From: Eledone cirrhosa
Taxonomy: Eukaryota
DNA: 64,000 nt
Assembly: GCA_964016885.1 (NCBI GenBank)
Contig: OZ024750.1
Span: 43,090,001-43,154,000, forward strand
Reading direction: 5' to 3'
The notes under the pieces: generated by a model
Told to the model about the DNA's origin: nothing
The model's database searches: none
Seen by the model: the letters and a program-made list of their open reading frames with translations, nothing else
Position numbers and translations under genes: made by a program
Shown: piece by piece, positions 52,825 through 64,000 of the stretch
Numbering within the stretch: the stretch's first letter is position 1
Layout: each line of letters starts with the position of its first letter

Positions 52825-55056
52825 GGTGGTGGTGGTGGTGGAAGAAAGCTTTAATTTTTAATTTTTCAAAAATGTTTCAAAAATATTTAAAAGTTATTTT
52901 CATACATTTTCTTTCTTATTATGTTTTTGTTTTTGGTGCAGTTGTTGTTGTTGTTATTTTTGCTGTAGTTGCTGTAGTTGTTGTTGTTGTTGTTGTTATT
53001 GTTGCTGTTGTTCTTGTTACTGTTGTTGTCACTGCTGTTGCTATTGTTGCTGTAGTTGTTATTGCTGCTGTCGTTGCTGCTGTTGCTATTGTTGTTGTTG
53101 CTACTGCTGTTGCTATAATAGTTGTTGGTGCTATTGTAGTTGTTATTACTATTGTTCTTGTTGTTGTTGCCGTCGTTTTCTTTGAGTGGAGAATCAGATT
53201 GAAATTTCTTCAATTTATGAAAACAATAGCCGAATGTAATTGCTATTAATTGAAATGATGTAATTCAGAAACATTTTCTTCTCATTTCTCCACTATTTTC
53301 GGCAATTATATGTAGTTTTCTGCCAGTTTGTAGCAACGTTTCTCCTCCAAGGCACACTACATCTTTTTATACTTTATATTGATTCACTACTTATTTTCTT
53401 TTTACTTTATATTTTAAGTATTTTCCTATCCGGGTTCTCCGCCATCGTTGCCTAAAGATCGAATTATTGCAGAGCTGTTATTATTGTTGAGGAAAAGTAT
53501 TTTTTTTTAGATTAATAATAACTAATTAAGGTAGAGGAAAATGCTGATTTCAAAATGGCGCAGTAAATAACACACAAAAAGCAAACAGAAAATACGCAAG
53601 CAAACATATAAATGCAAGTTATATTGAATTGTAATCTCCCAGGGTATAAATAATGTCTCGATTTCAAATTTTCAAGTAAATAAAATACAAGTTGTTACAG
53701 AGTAAGTTCAAAATTAAATATTGAAAACTAAATTGTTTAAAATCAATCTGAGTAAAACAGTTAAAACTAAATTGATAAAAAAAGTAGTAAAGAATAAACT
53801 TGTTTGAAACAAATAAAAGAAAAACAAAACACTCCAGTTTAAAAACAATAAAGTATAAACTAGTTTAAAACAGTTAAAAAATAAACTGCAAAACAATGGA
53901 GAAGTAACTTGTTTTAAATAGTTAAAAGTTTAACTGTATAACAACAGGGAAGAACAAACTTATTTTAAACAGTTAAAAACTAAACTGCTTAAAACAGCAA
54001 AAAACAAAGTAGTTTGAAACAGTTAAAATCTCTATTCGTTAAAAACAGTTAAGAATAAACTAGTTTGAAATAGTTAAAACCTTTATACGTTAAAAACAGT
54101 TAAGAATAAACTAGTTTGAAACAGTTAAAATCCATAGTTTAAAAACAGTTGAGAACAAACTAGTTTTAAATAGTTTAAACCAATTTATTTAAAACCAGTT
54201 AAGAACATATCTGTTTGGAGCAGTTAAAAGTAATCTATTTAAAACAGTTCTGTTCAAAACCGTTGAAAACTAACCTACGTGAAACTGTTAAAACTAAACT
54301 GTTTAAAAACAGTTAAGCGGTTTAACTGTTTCGCTCACATACATCGGCGAAAGAGACACACATACACACACAAATGCACAGTCACACACACACATACATA
54401 CACACACACACACACATATATATATATACAAGACAGACTTCCGTTTACGAGATTCCACTTTCAAAGTAGTTGTAAGTTGTATGGCTATGGTATAAGAGAC
54501 TTGCCCAAGGCGTTGTGCCCTGGGATCTTAACTAGAAACACATGGTTAGGAAGCAGTCTTCTTAACCCCACAACCATACCTTTTTTTAAAGGCAAACAAC
54601 AAAAATACATATTTAATAAAACAGACACAAGAAATTCGAAAATATATAAACAACATCATCTCTTCAGACGAAAAATAAATATTTTCTCATCTCTTCAAAG
54701 AAAAGCGAATATTTGCCCCACCTAAACAAAGAATTTGATAAAGCTCTGTATTTTCAGTAGAATTATTTTGAAAATATAATTAACAGGCTATTCGAATAAT
54801 TAAGCAATTAATAAAACAATTTAAATAATTTATTCCATTAAACGATAGATAGTTTACGAAAAAAAAAAAAAAAATAGGTGTCCTCAGAGCAGTAATTTTC
54901 TATGAGAGTATAGAAGACAACGATAACAACGATATTTCAAACAGGGGTAATTAATTTTATAATTTGTCTAAATATTCAAATTATATCAAATGTTAGATGG
55001 CACAGCAACCAATCCTCATAAAATACACAAGTGCTTGAGAAACTGATGAGTCAAGA

Positions 55057-55321
55057 TGATGATGGTATGGGTATGTGAGGTGGTGGAGGTTCTGTTTCTC
55101 TGCACACACACACACACACACAGACACAGACACACACACAGACACACACAGACACACACACACACACATGATGGTATGGGTATGTGAGGTGGTGGAGGTT
55201 CTGTTTCTCTGCACACACACACACACACACAGACACACACACACACACACAGACACCACAGACAGACACACACACACATGATGGTATGGGTATGTGAGGT
55301 GGTGGAGGTTCTGTTTCTCTG

Positions 55322-55352
<31 letters not shown>

Positions 55353-55596
55353 ACACACACACACAGACACACACAGACACACACACACACACACACATGA
55401 TGGTATGGGTATGTGAGGTGGTGTAGGTTCTGTTTCTCTGCACACACACACACACACACAGACACACACAGACACACACAGACACCACAGACAGACACAC
55501 ACACACACACATGATGGTATGGGTATGTGAGGTGGTGTAGGTTTCTGTTTCTTAGTACACACACACACACACACAGACACACACACACACACACAG

Positions 55597-55627
<31 letters not shown>

Positions 55628-55779
55628 CTCTCAAACACATGGTGTATGTGAGGTGGTGTAGGTTCTGTTTCTCAGCACACACACACACACACATACACGT
55701 ACACACACGTAAGCTCACTCTCTCACACACGCATGTGTATGTGAGGTGGTGTTGGTTTCTGTTTCTCAGTACATACACA

Positions 55780-55832
<53 letters not shown>

Positions 55833-55890
55833 TCGCACACACAAATTTGCTCTCTATCTCACACACATGTGTATGTGGAGTGGTATAGGT
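55057..55890. repeat. Composite minisatellite: ATGATGGTATGGGTATGTGAGGTGGTGGAGGTTCTGTTTCTCTG + variable (CA)n, about 7 copies
   Basis: Directly visible. Confidence 0.9.
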
Positions 55891-55966
55891 TTAAACAATA
55901 TTTAGAATGACGAATGATATCAATGGTAGATTTATTGAAAACTACCAATCTCTATCTCTGTTTCTC

Positions 55967-56015
<49 letters not shown>

Positions 56016-56591
56016 GTGATCCAGAAAACGACGAGCTGAGGTTTGGTGATGCCCGGAGCCAACTCCTTTATAGTATGTCTTTAAAATGGAAGCAAAGGGC
56101 ATAGTACTGATGTATATATATATACGGGTGATTTGTTGTTTCCTTGAGCAAGACACTTTATTTCACATTGCTCCAGTTTACTCAGCGGTAGAAATGAGAT
56201 GATAGGGACTGGGGTCCCTATCATTCCACTGCAAAGTGGTCGTGGAGGTGCCAAGGCAAAAAAGCACACAGCACTCACTGTAAATGAGGTTGGTGTTAGG
56301 AAGGGCATCCATCTGTAGAAATCAAGCCAGAATCAGTTCCCGTCCCACCCTTGCAAGCAGGGAAAAAGCGGACGTAAAATGAAATGATGATGATGATGAT
56401 GATATATATATATATAACGAAGGAAGAGTGGTAAGGAACCAGATGGACCATAACGCACCAGAGCACTCAGTACTTAGGGTAGTAGAGTGGGTAATAGGTA
56501 AATATTTGACCCCGACGCAGAGCTCAAGCCGTTTTGACGGCGATTTCTGGACGGCTATTTCTGAGCTCTGCCGTCGGCGTCAGACATTTCC

Positions 56592-56640
<49 letters not shown>

Positions 56641-57017
56641 CTAATTAAATAGCTCTGTTCTATACCTAGAGCACTCTTTTTTCCTTTTCCTTCGGAATTA
56701 CCTAACACACACACACACACACACGCATACACACACATACACACACACACATATAGACATATATAGAGACATATATATAAGTAAGCAATGTAGAGTGAGT
56801 GTTGTTTAGCCACGGGTTACTTTTATAACGACGGATTTATATCATGAAAGGCGTTCCAGGTGTGACCATCCCTCCTTTGTGTGTCAGTCAGTGACTACAC
56901 TGCAGCTTGTTGTTTCTTTTAGCATGAGATGGTAACACTTGTGCTTTGATGTAGAGATGTGATGTGTGAGGTAACTGGATAGGTGGTATATATATATATC
57001 TATATACACACATAGGT

Positions 57018-57063
<46 letters not shown>

Positions 57064-57336
57064 AAAGTGTGTCTTCAGCCAGAAGGCTCATTTGGCCGAT
57101 GCTTTCCCGGTTTCATGGCGTGAAGCGACTGAGAGTACCAGACTCCCCCCTGGACAGGGTGCCAGTCCATCACCGGGTTAAAGCTCCAGCTATTGCTGGT
57201 ACTCATTTACAGCTGAGTATACTGGAGCAACGTGAAATGAAGGGTTTTGCTCAAGAACACAACACGCAACCCAGGAATCGAACCCACGACATTATGATCG
57301 TAAGTCTAACACCCTTACCACTAGGCCACGTGCCTC

Positions 57337-57400
<64 letters not shown>

Positions 57401-57401
57401 T

Positions 57402-57441
<40 letters not shown>

Positions 57442-57585
57442 TCTCGGTTTCTCTTACCTCATTCTTACATTCTCACTCTTAACACCAATAACTAGCTACC
57501 TCTATCTCTGACTATATATATATATATACATATATATACAAATATATATATAAACGTGTGTGTGTGTGTGTGCATACACATATAT

Positions 57586-57699
<114 letters not shown>

Positions 57700-57704
57700 A
57701 TATG

Positions 57705-57738
<34 letters not shown>

Positions 57739-58529
57739 TAGATAGAGAGATAATATGAAAGAGGGAAGAAAAGCGAGAACTTGGATGGAGAGAGAGAGAG
57801 AAAGAAAGTAAGAGAGATAGGGAGAGAGAGAGAGAGAAAGAGAGTAAGAGAGATAGGGAGAGCGAGAGAGAAAGAGAGTAAGAGAGGTAGGGAGAGAGAG
57901 AATAAGCGAGAAAGAGCGAAAGATAGATAGGTAAAGAGAGAGAGAGAGAAAGAGAGAAAGAGAGAAAGAGAGAAAGAGAGAAAGAGAGTAAGAGAGAAAG
58001 AGCGTAAGAGAGAAGGAGCGTTGAGAGAGATAGGGAGAGAGAGAGATAGGGAAAGAGAAAAGAAGAGAGAGATAGGGGAGTGAGAAGGAGAGAAATAGGA
58101 AGATTGAAGAAGAGTGAAAGAGAGAAAGAGAGAGAGTGAGAGAGGGAGCGAGAAAGAGAGAGAGAGTGAGAGAGGGAGCGAGAAAGAGAGAGAGAGAGAG
58201 AGAGAAGGTGTGGAAGTGGGTGAGAGAAAGTTCTTCTTGAATTAAGCAAAAGGCTAGCTAGGGTATCTCACACAATGGAACATTAATTTAGGTAAATATA
58301 GCGTTTCACAGAATAACACACCCCCCCTACAACTCTTTCATAAACTTACTACTGATACTATATACTTTTCATTTTAGCAATAAAAGAACGGAGCCCTTGG
58401 AAAGATCTTGCCGCAAGGGCTTCTCTCTCTCTCTCCGCCTCTGTCTTACTTCTTTCTCTCCGCTTCTCTCTTATTCCTCTCTCTCTCTCTTGCTAGCTCT
58501 AGTTCACTCCTTCCTTGTCTGCCATCCGA

Positions 58530-59070
58530 CACCACACCACACCACACCGACACCGCACCGCACCTCATCACATCACACCACACTACACTACACCACACCA
58601 CACTACACTATACTATACCACACCACACTACACTATACCACACTACACCACACCACACCACACTACACCACACTACACTACACTGCACTACACCACACCA
58701 CATTACACTATACTATACTACACCACACCATACCACACCACACCACACTACACTATACTACACCACACCGCACCATACCACACCACACCACACCACACTA
58801 CACCACACCACACTACACTACACTGCACCACACCACACCAGACCACACTACACTATACTAAACCACAACACACCATACCAGACCACACCACACCACATCA
58901 TACCACACCACACCACACCACACCAATACCACACCACACCACACCACACCAATACCACACCACACACACCACACCACACTTTTTTTTTATTCCTTTTCAA
59001 CTGTGAGGCGGAGATTTAACAAGTTAAGTCACTCTCTGATGTAAAAGGAAGGTACATATATACATGCTTA

Positions 59071-59138
<68 letters not shown>

Positions 59139-59196
59139 GACACACACACACACAGACACACACACATACACACACAGACACACAGACACAGACACA

Positions 59197-59242
<46 letters not shown>

Positions 59243-59310
59243 GACACACACACACACAGACACACACAGACACACACACATACACACACAGACACACAGA
59301 CACAGACACA

Positions 59311-59380
<70 letters not shown>

Positions 59381-59446
59381 GACACACACACACAGACACA
59401 CACAGACACACACACATACACACACAGACACACAGACACAGACACA

Positions 59447-59487
<41 letters not shown>

Positions 59488-60236
59488 ACACACACATATA
59501 TATAGTAATTTGAGTAATTTGTTTCAATAATATGGTGACGTTGGCCCCACACAACAAAAAGAGTTGCCAGGAACAACTCAATTAGAGATGAAACTCTTGA
59601 AACAGTTGCCTCCCTTCTTTTAAAGCGCAATACTGGTTATTTCATTTCACTGATTTACACAACAACAACAACAATAACACCACCAACAACAACAACATCA
59701 CCACCAACATTATACCAACAACACCACCACCAATAACAACACAAACACCAACACCACCACCACCGACAACAACATCACCACCACCAACAATATTATACCA
59801 ACACCACCACCACCAATAACAACACCAACACCAACAACAACACCGACATCACCACCACCACCAACATTATACCATCAACACCACCACCAATAACAATACA
59901 AACACCAACATCAGCGCCAACACCAACAACACCAACACCACCACCACCACCAACAACAACACCAACACCACCACCAACAACATTATACCATCAACACCAC
60001 CACCAATAACAACACCAACACCAACACCAACGCCAACACCAACAGCACCAACACCAACATTATACCAACAACACCAACAACAACACCACCAACACCAACA
60101 ACAACACCAACAACACCAACACCAACAACAACACCACCAACACCAACAACAACACCACCACTACCAACAACACCAACACCAACACCAACACCAACACCAA
60201 CACCAACACCAACATCACCAACAACACCAACAACAC
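58530..60236. repeat. (CACCA/CACTA)n, (CA)n and (CAA/CAC)n tracts
   Basis: Directly visible. Confidence 0.9.
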
Positions 60237-60249
60237 GGCTTTTTTCGTG

Positions 60250-60250
60250 A

Positions 60251-60286
<36 letters not shown>

Positions 60287-60498
60287 TTTACGTCTGCTTT
60301 CCCCTGGTTGCAAGGGTTGGACGGTGTCCTATTCAACACAGCATCTCTCCACTTGTCACGGTCCTTCGTCATCTCTTCCGTGAGTTTCAGCGATCTGAGG
60401 TCTGCTCTCACCACCTCCGCCCATGTTTTACGTGGTCTACTTCTACTGCGTCTTCTTCCTTCTACTGGGATTTCTTGGCACTTGGCACTTTTTAACAC
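60250..60498 (-). mobile_element. 3' end of an RTE-clade LINE with (TGA)n tail
   Basis: VEGRRRSRSRPRKTWAEVVRADLRSLKLTEEMTKDRDKWRDAV followed by GACGTAAAA(TGA)n. Confidence 0.75.
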
Positions 60499-61457
60499 TA
60501 ATTTATGGCTGAGTGGTTAGAGAATCGAACTCACAATCTTGAGATTGTGAGTTCGATTCCTGGACCGGGCGATGCGTTATGTCCTTGAGCAAGACACTTT
60601 ATTTCACGTTGCTCCTTCTACCTGGAGTTGCGACCGATAGATAGTATTAGCAATTGGAAAGACCAACGGAAACATTGTTTCCTCGGTCCGATTTGACGAA
60701 AGTCGATCGATCCTTTTTTTTATTTTTTTTTTTTATTAATAACAATATACCGTATTTGCCGGCCTATTGGACGCCCCTTCGCATAAGACGCTCCCTCTTT
60801 TTTTTAATTGTATCTTTACGTTATATTTTGACGTTTATAGGCATTTTTATGGACCACGTCCAATATTCGCGGTTTTTCACTCTTCGCTGGTGCTCTTGGA
60901 ACGTAACCACCGCGAATACCGGGGAACAACTGTAATTAATTTATATTTAGTTAGTCGTATAGTTAATAAAATAAAGGTGGTGGACTACTGGTTAGGGTGT
61001 TCGGCTCACGACCATCGTAAGTTCGAGATTTGGTGGAGCGTTGTGTTCTTGAGCAAGACACTTTATTTCACGTTGCTCCAGATACCTCAGCTGTATCTGT
61101 AATGCTAAGGGCTGGCCTTGTTACACAATGTGTCATGCTGAATCTCCCTGAGAACTACATTATGGGTAAATGTGTCTGTGGAATACTCAGCCACCTCCAT
61201 CACGTCCATCATCAGCTTCACCATCATCATCACCATCACCTCCATCACATCCATCAACACCATCGTCATCATCACCACCATCACCCTCCCATCACCCCCC
61301 ATCACCCCCCCATCACCACCATCACCACTCCTATAACCCCTCATAACCCCCCCTCAACCACCACCACCATCACCATATTTAATAGATTACTTCACCCAAA
61401 TCTAGGCATTCTAAAATAAATGTGTTAAATACACATATATACATAGATAAATGAGTG

Positions 61458-61515
<58 letters not shown>

Positions 61516-62456
61516 ATATATATATATACATACATACACACACACATATATATATATACATACATACACACATATATATATGCATACATATGGTGGCTGC
61601 CAACTCGTTTTCGAGTACGGCCACTACTTTATATCCATGCAGGAGAACCCCTACCGATGCGCTGAACGAGTGTGACTTTTTAGTCCAGCCAGCGACTTGA
61701 AAACTCTGGTACAAACACTACACTTGTGACAATCATTGACACTTAGTGCTGGGCCCATGGTACCATGTGACGACAAGTGCAGAGAGATCTCCAGATATAA
61801 AGCAATGCCTGTGCCGTGAAGCATTTATAGTGAGCAAAGGCACTGCACAAAGCCAGTCCCACTCTCTTAACCAAGATGATATTTACCAAAAAGAAGAACA
61901 AGTCAACATCATTGGATAGCATCAGAGTTGCAGGTGTTATATCAGAGCTTTCCTTCTCCTAGAATTCTGCCTTGACAAAGGCTAAGGGTCATCTCTCCCG
62001 GTGATTTTGGATGGCCATTGACTCTTAAGAGCTCATTTACCCTTTGACAGGTTTTGTTTTTAGTCCTGCAGGATGTCCAAAGTCATCCTCCTCACCAAGA
62101 AACCTTGGTGGGGTTGTCAGTTTAGTCGCCAACGACCCGACCATGGAACAGGTTGTACTGGGATACATGTTACCAGTAGCATACATATATATATACATAC
62201 ATATATACATATGCATACACACACACACATATATATACATAATTGTTTCTACTTTAGGCACAAGGCCAGCAATAACCCAGTGCATTACTGGTACTTTATT
62301 TTATCGACCCCGTAAGGATGAAAGGCAAAGTCAACCTCGGCGGGATTTGAACTCAGATCGTAAAGGGACGTAACTCTACTGGAAAGCATGGCGTCCGACC
62401 CTCTACCGATACTGCCAATCCATAATATAATGAAAGAAAATGAGAGAAAGTGAAGG

Positions 62457-62577
<121 letters not shown>

Positions 62578-62628
62578 CATATATATATATATATATACAC
62601 GAGCGTCTATGGCTCCGTTAATTTATCT

Positions 62629-62663
<35 letters not shown>

Positions 62664-63310
62664 TATATAGTGAGAGGGCGAGAAAGAGAAAGAGAAGGAG
62701 AGAGAGAACGGGGGGGGGGGAAGAGAAATGATGGAGTTTATTGGTAAATTTTTAACAAGCTTCTGTCCAAAGTTTACTGATGAAGTTGTTGCCAAAAAAC
62801 CCCTTTCTTTGGATGCTTTTCCGATTATCAATAAAACGAGAAATTAATAAGCCAAACCTCTTTGATCTCTATAATCATTAGTGATTTCCTGCGAGATTTA
62901 CCGAAGACGAGGTTAAATACTTAAGAGGTGAAATTGTTAGCTGGAGTTCGTTTGCTCCCATTATTTATACCTAATTTTCGCTCCTTCATTCCACGGTTTT
63001 CACACTTCTTATTACTTTTATATTAGATATTTGAATATCTCACACAAAGAAAGCTCTGTATTGTGGCACTCCGTGTATGTTTGTAATGTAATGTAATGTA
63101 ATGTAATGTATGTATGTATGTATGTATGTATTATGTATGAATGTATGTAGGTATGTATGTATGAATGTATGTATGAATGTATGTATGTATGTATGTATGC
63201 ATCTATATAAATACATACACACACACGAATATATATATACATATATGTATATATATATGTATATAAACATATATATGTATATATATATATATGTGTATAT
63301 ATATATGTAT

Positions 63311-63383
<73 letters not shown>

Positions 63384-63524
63384 TATATATATATACACAC
63401 ACACACAATATATATATATATATACAATATATATATTGTATGTGTGTTTGTATATTTATATATATATATTGTGTGTGTTTGTATATTCGTATATATATAT
63501 ACACATACATACTTGCATATATAC

Positions 63525-63567
<43 letters not shown>

Positions 63568-64000
63568 TACTTATATATATATATATGTATGTATATGTAT
63601 GTATATATATATATATATATACACACATATATAACGTTTAATGGCATGTGTATATATGTAAAATACCTAATTTCCCTTTTCCCTTTCGTTGATTTCCACC
63701 ATTTCCACCATTACCATCATGTCCACCATTTTGTATTTTACAGACAACTTATATATCTAACAGGAAAAACTGGAAAATATTTTCACCAATCTGACCACTT
63801 AACATAGATTCACCTTTATTATAACTGCTAAAGTGTTATTCACAATCCACCATCTTAATTATTTCATCTCTTTCCCTCTCTCATTCAAATCCTTTATTAC
63901 AATTTATCTTTTATCTTTTATTTTGTTTTCTCACATCTTTCTTTCTTTCTTTCTTTCTTTCGTTCCTTTCTTTTCTTTCTTTCTTTCTTTCTTTCTTTCT

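Noticed and set aside
53545-53565. YY1-like CAAAATGGCG (also E-box GGTCACGTGAC near 30352 and GCGCATGCG near 7657) as promoters
   Set aside because: Isolated short motifs with no supportable downstream gene.

Overview
Eukaryotic (metazoan) non-coding DNA, most likely from a cephalopod such as Octopus. That assignment is an inference from the extreme (TA)n/(CA)n density and the SINE types. No host protein-coding gene can be supported; nearly all ORF-track entries are translations of microsatellites. The window is dominated by microsatellites, minisatellites, tRNA-derived SINEs, LINE fragments (Dong/R4, RTE, Tx1-like), MITEs and two truncated Penelope-like elements (PLEs; RT and/or GIY-YIG). 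The main signal is a hammerhead-ribozyme (HHR) retroelement system that inserts into (TA)n. (1) A near-perfect 310-bp tandem array (11721-17558) carries one type I HHR per monomer: 12 copies on the minus strand, then an inversion and 7 copies on the plus strand, resembling a non-LTR retrozyme. (2) About 25 further HHR motifs from several families occur elsewhere, mostly in short fold-back inserts that all share one polarity (left arm antisense, right arm sense, RNA 3' ends facing the TA flanks). (3) Two inversion junctions fall exactly at the predicted HHR cleavage site. (4) Recurrent core variants occur (U3-A8 compensatory pair, U4A). (5) A covarying bulged hairpin (YACUC-stem-UY-GAGUR) is shared by otherwise dissimilar families 50-80 nt before the TA junction, a candidate recognition signal for the PLE reverse transcriptase. 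All structures were folded by eye and no ribozyme activity is demonstrated.
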